From an uncultured Erysipelothrix sp. (GTDB lineage Bacteria > Bacillota_I > Bacilli_A > Erysipelotrichales > Erysipelotrichaceae), in contig CAYTTS010000002.1 of NCBI GenBank assembly GCA_964440875.1, positions 1-56,872 of the forward strand: a DNA stretch of 56,872 nucleotides. The letters are read 5' to 3'. The position numbers were made by a program, and so were the translations under genes. This document shows, piece by piece, positions 42,526-51,631 of this stretch. Numbering within the stretch: position 1 is the first letter of the stretch; the number at the start of each line of letters is the position of its first letter. The notes beneath the pieces are model-generated. The model searched no databases, was not told the DNA's origin, and worked only from the letters and a program-made list of their open reading frames with translations.

Positions 42526-45141
42526 ATGAAGAAATTAAGTACTAATGAAATTAGAGCATTATTCTTAGATTATTTTAAGAAACAAGATCATATGATTGAA
42601 CCTGGGGCAAGTTTAGTTCCACATGATGACCCAACATTATTATGGGTTAATAGTGGAGTAGCCGCTTTAAAGAAATATTTTGATGGAAGTGTAATTCCAA
42701 GTAATCGCCGAATTGCTAATGCGCAAAAATCAATTCGTACTAACGATATTGAAAACGTTGGAAAAACAGCACGTCACCATACTTTCTTTGAAATGTTAGG
42801 TAACTTCTCAATTGGGGACTATTTTAAAGAAGAAGCTATTCAGTTTGCTTGGGAATTTTTAGTAAGTGACGAGTGGATTGGTATGGAAGTAGATAAGATG
42901 TATGTATCTGTACATACGGATGATACTGAAGCTTATCGTATTTGGACAGAAGTAATTAAATTAGATCCATCAAGAATATTAAAAACTGATGGTAACTATT
43001 GGGAAATCGGCGAGGGACCAAGTGGTCCAAATAGTGAAATTTTCTATGATAGGGGAGAGGCGTATGATCCTGAAAATATTGGAGAAAGACTTTTCTTTGA
43101 GGAGATAGACAATGATCGCTATTTAGAAGTTTGGAACGTAGTATTCTCACAATATGACGCAAAAGCAGGAGTTGCTAGAAAAGATTATAAAGAACTACCA
43201 CAAAGAAATATTGATACTGGAATGGGTCTTGAAAGACTAGCTTGTATCGTACAAGATGTTGAAACTAACTTTGAGATTGATGTATTCCAAGTAATAATTA
43301 AAGAAATTGAAACATATGCAAGTATTCCTTACGCTAGTGATGAGGCTGAATCATACAAGATTATCTCAGATCACTTAAGAACAATCGTCTTTGCGTTAAC
43401 AGATGGAGCAATGTTCTCAAATGAAGGGCGTGGATATGTCCTAAGACGTCTATTAAGACGTGCTGTTAGACATAGTAAGAAGATTGGTATCAATGATAAC
43501 TATCTATACAAAATGGTTACGACAGTCGCTAAGAGTATGGGTGACTTCTATCCAGAGTTATATGCTCGTAGTGAATATGTTGCTAAATTAATTAAAACAG
43601 AAGAAGAGAGATTTAGTTCAACATTAAATGCTGGTGAAGAACATCTAAGTGATGCTTTGAAAGCTGCGAAAGATAAAGTGTTAATAGGTGAAGTTGCGTT
43701 TAAATTATATGATACTTACGGCTTTCCAATTGAGTTAACAGAAGAGATTGCTGCTGAGTCAGGATATACTGTTGATATGGATGGCTTTAGAGAACATATG
43801 GCAGCCCAAAAAGAACGTGCTCGTGATGCTCGTAAAACTATCGATTCAATGAGCAGTCAATCTAAAGATCTGCTTGAGTTTAAAGAAGAATCTAAATTTG
43901 TTGGCTATGATACATTAGAACTCGAAAGTAAAATTATTGGTATCTTTGTTGAAGGTGAAAAAGTTGATAAAACAAATGCTAACTGTAGTTTAATTTTCGA
44001 AGAAACACCATTCTACGCTGAAAGTGGTGGTCAAGTTGGTGATAGTGGTAAAGTATTTGTTAATGGTAATGAAATAACTGTTATCGATACTATCAAAGCA
44101 CCTAATGGCCAACATATTAGTATTGTTGAAAACAGCAGTGATATTTCAGTTAATGATACAGCTAAATTAGTAGTTGATAGTGTTAAACGTGAACATACAA
44201 AACGTAATCACTCATCAATTCACTTAGTACATGCAGCTTTAATTGATATATTAGGTGACCATATAGCTCAAGCAGGATCATTTGTTAATGATAAGTATGC
44301 TCGATTAGATTTCTCACACTTTGAAAAAGTTAGTGATAAACAAATCGTTGAACTTGAGGCAATTGTTAATGATATGATCGATAAAGCAAGAGCGGTTGAT
44401 GTTGAATATATGGGAATTGAAGATGCTAAGGCAAGTGGTGCCATGGCTTTATTTGATGAAAAATATGGAGATGTTGTCCGTGTAATTACAATGGGAGAAT
44501 TCTCAAAAGAGTTATGTGGTGGAACACACGTTTCAAATATTGCTGAGATTGGTATCTTTAAAGTCTTATCTGAGGAGTCAGTTGGTAGTGGTGTAAGAAG
44601 ATTAACATTTACAACAAGTCAAAATGTCTATGATGAGATGTTAAAGATGGAAGATCAAATAGCTAATATTCAAAGTGAACTGTCATTAAAACAATCAAAT
44701 CAAATCTTAAGTAAGATTACTGATATTATCGATGAAAATGATAAACTAAAAGCTGAAATCAATAAATTGAATGAAATGAAATTAGATAATGAAGTAAATG
44801 AATTAAAAGAAAATATTGTAAGTAAGGCTAATATAAACTTAATTACAAAAGAATATACAGATTTAACGGCTGATAACTTAAAATATATTGCTGATAGTTT
44901 AAGAAATAGTGTTGAAAATGTCTTAATAATCTTGGCAACTACTTTAAATGATCGTGTTGTCTTTGTTGTAGCTTGTGATAAGGCATTAAACAAAGATGGT
45001 ATTAACGCTGGTAAGATTGCTAAAGAGCTTGCACAATTAACAGGCGGAAATGGTGGAGGTCGTCCAGACTTCGCACAATCAGGTGGTAAAGATGTTACAA
45101 AGGTTTCTAACAGTATTGTAAGTATTACTGAAAACCTGTAA
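42526..45141 (+). CDS. alaS: Alanine--tRNA ligase
   Basis: RHHTFFEMLGNFS and WNVVFSQY, editing-domain HxxxH/CGGTH, C-terminal DHHA1. Start set to ATG 42526, behind GGAGG. Confidence 0.97.
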   Translation: MKKLSTNEIRALFLDYFKKQDHMIEPGASLVPHDDPTLLWVNSGVAALKKYFDGSVIPSNRRIANAQKSIRTNDIENVGKTARHHTFFEMLGNFSIGDYFKEEAIQFAWEFLVSDEWIGMEVDKMYVSVHTDDTEAYRIWTEVIKLDPSRILKTDGNYWEIGEGPSGPNSEIFYDRGEAYDPENIGERLFFEEIDNDRYLEVWNVVFSQYDAKAGVARKDYKELPQRNIDTGMGLERLACIVQDVETNFEIDVFQVIIKEIETYASIPYASDEAESYKIISDHLRTIVFALTDGAMFSNEGRGYVLRRLLRRAVRHSKKIGINDNYLYKMVTTVAKSMGDFYPELYARSEYVAKLIKTEEERFSSTLNAGEEHLSDALKAAKDKVLIGEVAFKLYDTYGFPIELTEEIAAESGYTVDMDGFREHMAAQKERARDARKTIDSMSSQSKDLLEFKEESKFVGYDTLELESKIIGIFVEGEKVDKTNANCSLIFEETPFYAESGGQVGDSGKVFVNGNEITVIDTIKAPNGQHISIVENSSDISVNDTAKLVVDSVKREHTKRNHSSIHLVHAALIDILGDHIAQAGSFVNDKYARLDFSHFEKVSDKQIVELEAIVNDMIDKARAVDVEYMGIEDAKASGAMALFDEKYGDVVRVITMGEFSKELCGGTHVSNIAEIGIFKVLSEESVGSGVRRLTFTTSQNVYDEMLKMEDQIANIQSELSLKQSNQILSKITDIIDENDKLKAEINKLNEMKLDNEVNELKENIVSKANINLITKEYTDLTADNLKYIADSLRNSVENVLIILATTLNDRVVFVVACDKALNKDGINAGKIAKELAQLTGGNGGGRPDFAQSGGKDVTKVSNSIVSITENL

Positions 45142-45196
45142 TATACTTTTAAAAATAAATCTATTATTATATAATGATATTCATAGGAGGTATTTT

Positions 45197-45463
45197 ATGT
45201 CAAAACATTTAACGGAGACAAAGGCATTTGCGTCTGAAGATTTAAAGAGAGATACGATTAAACAAGTTCTAAACTTAGTTAATAAATCGCTTAAAGAAAG
45301 AGGATATAATGCGAACAACCAATTAGCGGGATATTTAATTTCTAACGACCCGGCATATATCTCTAGTCACAATAATGCGAGAAGTGTTATTCAATCAGTA
45401 GATCGTGCTGATATTATTGAAGAATTAGTAAGATTTTATTTAGAGAGTACATGCAACGAGTAA
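45197..45463 (+). CDS. ireB: IreB (YrzL/UPF0297) family regulatory phosphoprotein
   Basis: 88 aa, VLNLVNKSLKERGYNANNQLAGYLISNDPAYISSHNNAR. alaS-yrzL-ruvX synteny. Confidence 0.9.
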   Translation: MSKHLTETKAFASEDLKRDTIKQVLNLVNKSLKERGYNANNQLAGYLISNDPAYISSHNNARSVIQSVDRADIIEELVRFYLESTCNE

Positions 45464-45867
45464 TCGGTTTAGATTTAGGTAGTAAAACAATTGGTATTGC
45501 CAAAAGTGATTTATTACAATTGATTGCAAGTGCTCATAAAACGATTGTATTTCAAAATAATGACTATCAAATGGCTCTACATTTATTACTAGATGAGATT
45601 GAGCAATTTGATATTGAAGTAATCGTCTTAGGATTACCTAAGCACATGAGTGGTGATGTTGGCATTCGCGGCGAAATCTCAATTGATTTCAAAGCAAAGT
45701 TAGAAGAGGCTGGCTACAAAGTAGTTTTATGGGATGAGAGATTATCAACTAAGGCTGCTACTCAGGCTCTAATATCAGGTAATGTATCAAGAAAAAAAAG
45801 AAAAGATGTAATTGATCAAGTTGCAGCTGTTATTATCTTACAAGGATATTTAGATAGTAAAAACTAG
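45451..45867 (+). CDS. ruvX: Holliday-junction-resolvase-like pre-16S rRNA nuclease RuvX/YqgF
   Basis: IGLDLGSKTIGIA and WDERLST motifs. Confidence 0.94.
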   Translation: MQRVIGLDLGSKTIGIAKSDLLQLIASAHKTIVFQNNDYQMALHLLLDEIEQFDIEVIVLGLPKHMSGDVGIRGEISIDFKAKLEEAGYKVVLWDERLSTKAATQALISGNVSRKKRKDVIDQVAAVIILQGYLDSKN

Positions 45868-45905
45868 TGGGGACAATGTCCCCCTTTTTAAAGAAAGAGG
45901 AAAAT

Positions 45906-46154
45906 ATGGATTTAGAAAACAAAAGATTTACAGTAATCGATGATGAAGGTTTAGAATTAGAAATGGAAATCTTATTTACATTTGATAATGACGGAGCATC
46001 ATATGTCGTATACTTTGATGTAAATAAAGAAATGGGAGATGTTTTCGCATCAAAATATGATGAAGAAAATAATTTAATTCCAATCGAAAATGACGAAGAA
46101 TGGGACTTAGTAGAAGAAGTTTTAGGAGCCTTTGAGGATGAAGAAGAAAAGTAG
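45906..46154 (+). CDS. DUF1292 (YrzB) family acidic protein
   Basis: FTVIDDEGLELEMEILFTFD...YVVY pattern. Start set to ATG 45906, behind AGAGGA. Confidence 0.85.
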   Translation: MDLENKRFTVIDDEGLELEMEILFTFDNDGASYVVYFDVNKEMGDVFASKYDEENNLIPIENDEEWDLVEEVLGAFEDEEEK

Positions 46155-47184
46155 TTTAATATTACTTTTATTATTAATAATTTCAGTAGCTTTCGGATTA
46201 ATATTTTTTAATATGCAACTATCTTCAGTAAGTAATGAATCAGAAGAAGTATCTTTTGTTGTTGATGAAAATGCAAACCTTACAGTCGTTACTAATAAAC
46301 TTGAAGAAGAAAATATTATTAAATCTGCAAGATTTGCGAAAATTTATGGAAAACTTAGTAAAAAAGCAAATTTTACAAAAGGGAGATTTATCTTAGATAA
46401 GTCTTGGGATTCGAAAGAAATATTAAACTATTTAAATAATAGTAGTAATGCTATTGGTGAGGTTAGTGAAAGAGTTACTCTAACACCGGGATCATGGGCA
46501 AAAGATATGGCTAAAACTTTTGAAAGCAAGTTAGACATTACTGCCGATGAATTATTAGCATTATGGAATGATGAAGCTTATGTAAAAACACTAATAGCTG
46601 AATATGAGTTTTTAACAAATGATATTTTAAATAGTGATTTAAAGGTCTTTTTAGAGGGGTATCTGGCACCAAATACATATGACTTCTATGTTAATGCTAG
46701 TGCTGATTCAATAACTAGGAAATTATTAGATCAAACAAATGTGATTTATAATAAATATAAAGCACAATTTGATGCAAGTGAATATAGTATCCATGAAATA
46801 TTTACCTTAGCATCAATCACGCAATATGAGTCTGGTAATTATGAAGATGATCAAATTATTGCAGGTGTATGGGAAAATCGATTAGCGGATGGAATGAAGC
46901 TTCAATCAAGTGTAACTGTTTGTTACTCTTTATATGAGTTTGAAAACTGGCGTGATTGTGAACAAAACACTTTAATTGATTCACCGTTCAATACATATAT
47001 GTATGCGGGTATTCCGATTGGACCAATCTTAAATCCAGGTGAAGACTCAATTAAGGCAACCTTAAATCCAAAGAAAACAGATTATATGTATTTTGTCGCT
47101 GATGTTTATGGTGATGGAAGTGTTCATTACGCAAAAACTTACGCTGAGCATTTAGCGAATGTTAAGAAGTATTTGGGGTATTAA
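46138..47184 (+). CDS. mltG: Endolytic murein transglycosylase MltG (YceG family)
   Basis: N-terminal TM anchor, a LysM-like fold, and the conserved LASITQYES and NTYMYAGIPIGPILNPG motifs. Confidence 0.93.
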   Translation: MKKKSSLILLLLLIISVAFGLIFFNMQLSSVSNESEEVSFVVDENANLTVVTNKLEEENIIKSARFAKIYGKLSKKANFTKGRFILDKSWDSKEILNYLNNSSNAIGEVSERVTLTPGSWAKDMAKTFESKLDITADELLALWNDEAYVKTLIAEYEFLTNDILNSDLKVFLEGYLAPNTYDFYVNASADSITRKLLDQTNVIYNKYKAQFDASEYSIHEIFTLASITQYESGNYEDDQIIAGVWENRLADGMKLQSSVTVCYSLYEFENWRDCEQNTLIDSPFNTYMYAGIPIGPILNPGEDSIKATLNPKKTDYMYFVADVYGDGSVHYAKTYAEHLANVKKYLGY

Positions 47185-47185
47185 A

Positions 47186-47809
47186 ATGAAGAAAACATTA
47201 GTAATAGGAATTGCCGGTGGTAGTGCATCGGGTAAAACGTCAATATCAAGAAAAATCTTTGATACATTTAAAGATGTAAAGTCTGTACAAGTTATTAGAC
47301 AAGATGATTATTATAAAAATCAAGACCACTTAGAGATGAGTGAAAGATTAAAAACAAATTATGATCATCCTTTCGCATTTGATAATGACTATTTATTAGA
47401 ACAGTTAAAAGATTTAATTGATCAAAAAGCAATTGAAAAACCAATATATGATTTTGTCCAACATACAAGATCAAAAGAAAAAGAACATATTGAACCAACT
47501 GAAGTAATTATTATAGAAGGTTTATTTGTATTAGAAGATGAAATATTAAGAGATGTCTTAGATATTAAAATCTTCGTCGATACAGATGCAGATGTCAGAT
47601 TTATTAGAAGACTTTTACGAGATGTTAGAGAACGTGGAAGAAGTCTTGAGAATGTAGTTGAACAATATCAAAATACTGTAAAACTAATGCATGAGCAATT
47701 TGTTGAACCATCAAAGCGCTATGCGGATATAATTGTTCCTCATGGATCTGAGAATGTCGTTGCTATAGATTTAATAGTAACAAAAATAACTAGTATACTG
47801 GACATTTAA
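47186..47809 (+). CDS. udk: Uridine kinase
   Basis: P-loop GGSASGKTS, NYDHPFAFD and the RRLLRDVRERGR motif. Start set to ATG 47186. Confidence 0.95.
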   Translation: MKKTLVIGIAGGSASGKTSISRKIFDTFKDVKSVQVIRQDDYYKNQDHLEMSERLKTNYDHPFAFDNDYLLEQLKDLIDQKAIEKPIYDFVQHTRSKEKEHIEPTEVIIIEGLFVLEDEILRDVLDIKIFVDTDADVRFIRRLLRDVRERGRSLENVVEQYQNTVKLMHEQFVEPSKRYADIIVPHGSENVVAIDLIVTKITSILDI

Positions 47810-47876
47810 TAAAATGAGTGTATACTGTTAAAATAGTAATAGATGTGGTATTATTAGTATCGTTAGGAGTGTTAAT

Positions 47877-48344
47877 ATGAGTAATAAAGTACACGTTACC
47901 CAAAAAGGACTAGAAGCTTTACAAGATGAACGTAATAATCTGATTCATGTTGTTAGAAAAGAAGTTATAGAAGAATTAAAAGCTGCGCGTGAACAGGGAG
48001 ACCTTTCTGAAAATGCTGATTATGATGCAGCACGTGATAGACAATCAAGAGTTGAAGCACGTATAAATGAATTAGAAGTAATGTTAAACAACATTGAACT
48101 GATTGAAGAAGTTAAAACAGGATCAAAAGTTGTTCGTCTAGGTTCAACAGTTAAAATGTTAGATAAACAATTAAATGAAGAATTTATTTACGCTATTGTA
48201 GGTTCAGTTGAGGCTGATCCATTAAACAGCAAATTATCAAACGAAACGCCTTTAGCACAAGCTTTATTAGGTTCATCAATTGATGATCTTGTTACTGTAG
48301 ATGTAGAAGAACCATACGAAGTTGTAATCTTAGATATTAATTAG
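47877..48344 (+). CDS. greA: Transcription elongation factor GreA
   Basis: Coiled-coil N-terminus containing GDLSENADYDAAR, plus a C-terminal FKBP-like domain. Confidence 0.96.
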   Translation: MSNKVHVTQKGLEALQDERNNLIHVVRKEVIEELKAAREQGDLSENADYDAARDRQSRVEARINELEVMLNNIELIEEVKTGSKVVRLGSTVKMLDKQLNEEFIYAIVGSVEADPLNSKLSNETPLAQALLGSSIDDLVTVDVEEPYEVVILDIN

Positions 48345-48362
48345 AAGCTGATGCTTCTTTTT
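48343..48362 (+). terminator. Terminator after greA
   Basis: AGAAGC-TGAT-GCTTCT followed by TTTT. Confidence 0.75.
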
Positions 48363-48427
48363 AATTACTGTAATTAATTTATATTATTAAAAAAATATGT
48401 TATAATATCAAACGTAGGAGTGATTTA

Positions 48428-49780
48428 ATGGATAAGACAGATATTAATGTAGAAGAAAATCTTGTAGAAACTGAAGAGGTAGTTGAAGAAGTAGTTGAAG
48501 AAACTACTGAAAAAGCAGTTGTTGAAACTACTGAAGTGGAAACAAGTGAAGAAACGGTTGCACCAAGACGTAATTATCGACAACCATCTTATCGTAGTAA
48601 CAGACAATTTGGTTGGGAAAGTTTAGATACTGTACAGGATGAACGTAAAAACGAATTAATCCAAGAAGTATTCGAACTTCAAGGTGACGATAATGAAGAA
48701 AAAATTGAGGAAATTCAAGAAGAATGGAATCAAATTCACGTTGAAGGTACAGACTCAAGATTAGAAACACGTTTTGAAAGAGCGCTTGAAAGACATACAG
48801 CTTCAAAAGAAGCAATCGACGCGGCTATCGAACGTAAAAATGATTTATTAAAACAAGCAGAAGAGATGAAAGAGTCAACTAGATGGAATAAAACAGCTGA
48901 TAAATTCAAAACTCTGCAAAGAGAATGGCGTGACTCAGGTTGGGCAGGAGAGCCAGACAACGACTTACTATGGGAGAAATTCCAAGAAGTTAATGACTAC
49001 TTCTTCCAAAAGAGAAAAGACCATTTCGAAAATCGTGCTGAAAGAATTGAAAAAGCAGCAGTTATTAAAGCTGAATTAGTTGAGAAAGCAATCGCAGCTA
49101 AAGATAGTTCAGACTGGAAAGAAACTTCGGCAGTAATGCACACTCTAATGGATGAGTGGAAAGAAGCTGGATTTGCTGGTCGTAACGTAGATGACGAACT
49201 ATGGGAAAAATTCAATAATGCAAGACAAGACTTCTTCCAAAGACAAAATGAGCACTTTGAGCAATTACGTCAAGGACAAAAAGAAGCATATGATGCAAAA
49301 GCATCATTAGTTGAAAGAGCAGAAGAATTAAAAGATTCAAGTGATTTTGAAAATACGAGAGTTAAAATGGAAGAATTAATGGATGAATGGCGTGAAGCTG
49401 GTTACAGTGGACGTAAACACGACAACAAACTTTGGAGTGAATTCCAAGGTGCACGTGATCATTTCTATAAACGATTCCACTCACAAAATGCTGTTAGCGC
49501 AGTAAACCGTAGAGAAGAAATCGAAACAGAATCAGAAAACGTAAACGCACAAATTGATAGTTTAGAGTTACTAAACGAAACAATTATTGCTAAATTTGAT
49601 AGTGTATTATCAAGAAGTTTACCTGCAGAAGATCATGACAACTATGAAGCTGAACATGATGCACGTGAAGCAGAATTATCAGAACTTCAAGGATATATTG
49701 ATAATAACAATAAATCTATTAACGAACACTTTGATACTTTAGACCGTCTTAATAACGAATTAGACAAACTAGATCGATAA
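48428..49780 (+). CDS. DUF349 repeat protein
   Basis: At least three ~77-aa repeats with the pattern W..T......L..EW...G..G......LW..F......F (for example LQREWRDSGWAG..LWEKF). Acidic E/V/T-rich N-terminus. Confidence 0.85.
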   Translation: MDKTDINVEENLVETEEVVEEVVEETTEKAVVETTEVETSEETVAPRRNYRQPSYRSNRQFGWESLDTVQDERKNELIQEVFELQGDDNEEKIEEIQEEWNQIHVEGTDSRLETRFERALERHTASKEAIDAAIERKNDLLKQAEEMKESTRWNKTADKFKTLQREWRDSGWAGEPDNDLLWEKFQEVNDYFFQKRKDHFENRAERIEKAAVIKAELVEKAIAAKDSSDWKETSAVMHTLMDEWKEAGFAGRNVDDELWEKFNNARQDFFQRQNEHFEQLRQGQKEAYDAKASLVERAEELKDSSDFENTRVKMEELMDEWREAGYSGRKHDNKLWSEFQGARDHFYKRFHSQNAVSAVNRREEIETESENVNAQIDSLELLNETIIAKFDSVLSRSLPAEDHDNYEAEHDAREAELSELQGYIDNNNKSINEHFDTLDRLNNELDKLDR

Positions 49781-49783
49781 GAT

Positions 49784-49810
49784 AAAAAAACGCAAATTGC
49801 GTTTTTTTTT
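49784..49810. terminator. Bidirectional terminator between DUF349 and rqcH genes
   Basis: A7-CGCAAATTGCG-T9. Confidence 0.85.
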
Positions 49811-49830
49811 ATTTATTAATTATATTTTGT

Positions 49831-51447
49831 TTAAATATAGTCTTTAATGAGAGAATAATCATTTCTAATTGTAATTGATTTAAACTGTTTTAAGCTTACT
49901 AAGCCTTTCTGATTTGTTTTCTTAAGGTTTTTTACTTCTGTGTAGTTAACTGTAACATTATTTGCATCTTTTACCTGAGAAAATCTTGCAGCTAAAGTTG
50001 CGGCAAACTCAATTAGATCATCAGTTAAATTATCGCTTTGAACTACGACATGTGAACCGTGATAGTCAGCTATATGAAACCAATAGTCATTACGGTTTGA
50101 ACTCTTAAGTATGTAGTCATTTTGAATATTATTTTTTCCAAGTTTTATATTAATGCCATTATAGTTGATTGTAGTAAATTTAGGTCTTTCCTTACGTTTA
50201 TTTTTATATGTTTTCTCAAATAAATATTTACGCTCAACAAGTTCTGCTCTAATTTCTTTGGCACTATTAACATCGGCGAAACTTAATTGCTCAATTAAAA
50301 GTTCAAAGTAGGCTTGTTCACGATTTGCAATTTTAATTTGTTCATTCAGATGCGATATCGATTTACTCTGCTTTTTATAAAGTTTATAGTATTTTTGGGC
50401 ATTTGCAATAGCATCCAACTTCTCATCCAAAGCAATACTTACTTCTTCATTTGTATCATAGTCAATTAGGTTAACAAATGTCATTCCTTTTTTCACTTGA
50501 TATTGATACGTCATTATTAAATCTCCATTCTTTAGATTTATATCGGAGTTTTCATTTTTTATTATTTCTGCTTCAATCTTAGTTATTTTACGCTTAAGTT
50601 TCTTAACTTCTTTTCTTAAGAATCTTAATAAGTTTGATGTTTCACTCTTAATTCTTTCTTGCTGTGATTTCTCATAGTAAAAGATATCAAAAGCATCATC
50701 ATAATCGATCTCTTTAAAGTTATCGTAAGCATGTCTTAACTCTATAATATGATAATCACTATTATTGTTTTTTGATGAAATTATTATCTTATTGCTATTC
50801 TTTAACTCATTGACTATTGACTCAAAACTTTGATTATTGGCTAAGCGATATCTAATCTCTTTCTCTAAAGTAGGGGATACACCAGAAAACTGATTAACTA
50901 AGGAATCATTAATATCAAAGTTATTTATAGTGTAAATGTTTGCTTTATCTAGATTTGCATATACCTCATATCTTGCTCCTGGAACTACGACTTGATTTGG
51001 ATTATCTAAAGGCGATATTCTCTTAATCGCATCAAATATAATATTGTCACTATTACAAAAGATGATATTTGCATATCTTCCCATTAATTCTAAGTAAAGA
51101 TAAAAAGTTTGTAGATCTCCGATGCTATCATGATTAATTATCTCTAATTGAATAATTCTATCAAAGTTATACTGTTTAATTGCTAATATTTGTCCATTAC
51201 TTAAATGTTTTCTTAATAGCATAACAAAATTACTTGGCTCACTATCATTTGGATAGGATTTATTTGTAAAGTGAATTCTATTTTGATTTGCATCACCACT
51301 AATAATTAATTTCTTTGAAACTCTATCTGCTCTTGTATTTAAAAGTATCTCATTTTTTCCGATACTATATATTTTATTTATTCTTATTGGGACATTCTTA
51401 TTTAAGTCTTCAACAATCTTATTTAAAACGATTCCGTCAAGTGCCAT
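49831..51447 (-). CDS. rqcH: NFACT-family ribosome quality control protein (RqcH / FbpA-like)
   Basis: NFACT-N N-terminus, central coiled coil, and the C-terminal DYWFHIADYHGSHVVV (NFACT-R/DUF814) motif. Confidence 0.9.
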   Translation of the reverse strand: MALDGIVLNKIVEDLNKNVPIRINKIYSIGKNEILLNTRADRVSKKLIISGDANQNRIHFTNKSYPNDSEPSNFVMLLRKHLSNGQILAIKQYNFDRIIQLEIINHDSIGDLQTFYLYLELMGRYANIIFCNSDNIIFDAIKRISPLDNPNQVVVPGARYEVYANLDKANIYTINNFDINDSLVNQFSGVSPTLEKEIRYRLANNQSFESIVNELKNSNKIIISSKNNNSDYHIIELRHAYDNFKEIDYDDAFDIFYYEKSQQERIKSETSNLLRFLRKEVKKLKRKITKIEAEIIKNENSDINLKNGDLIMTYQYQVKKGMTFVNLIDYDTNEEVSIALDEKLDAIANAQKYYKLYKKQSKSISHLNEQIKIANREQAYFELLIEQLSFADVNSAKEIRAELVERKYLFEKTYKNKRKERPKFTTINYNGINIKLGKNNIQNDYILKSSNRNDYWFHIADYHGSHVVVQSDNLTDDLIEFAATLAARFSQVKDANNVTVNYTEVKNLKKTNQKGLVSLKQFKSITIRNDYSLIKDYI

Positions 51448-51513
51448 AATATCACTCTTTCTTTCTATATTATAACAAAAGTATTATAATAAATACTATA
51501 GTATTGTTGTGAA

Positions 51514-51551
51514 TGTAAAATGTTTGTAAAGTTAATGTATAGGATTGTAAA
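51514..51551. promoter_or_regulatory. Four phased direct hexamer repeats (Pho-box-like response-regulator site)
   Basis: TGTAAA at 51514, TGTAAA at 51525, TGTATA at 51536 and TGTAAA at 51546 (spacing 11, 11 and 10 bp). On the minus strand these read TTTACA/TATACA. Confidence 0.5.
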
Positions 51552-51568
51552 AACATATACCATATGTT
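51552..51568. promoter_or_regulatory. 7-3-7 perfect palindrome, candidate operator
   Basis: AACATAT-ACC-ATATGTT, immediately 3' of the repeat array and about 64 nt upstream of the Na/Pi start. Confidence 0.35.
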
Positions 51569-51631
51569 AGCATATAACAGATGTTTAGAAATGATGAAAA
51601 CACGAATTTTAAAGCTTTTTAGGAGGATAAA

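Noticed and set aside
51494-51521. dif (XerCD) site resemblance around GAATGTAAAAT.
   Set aside because: Only the right arm is loosely similar to the Firmicute dif half-site TTATGTAAACT. The left arm and central region do not match, and the sequence is better explained as part of the phased hexamer repeat array.
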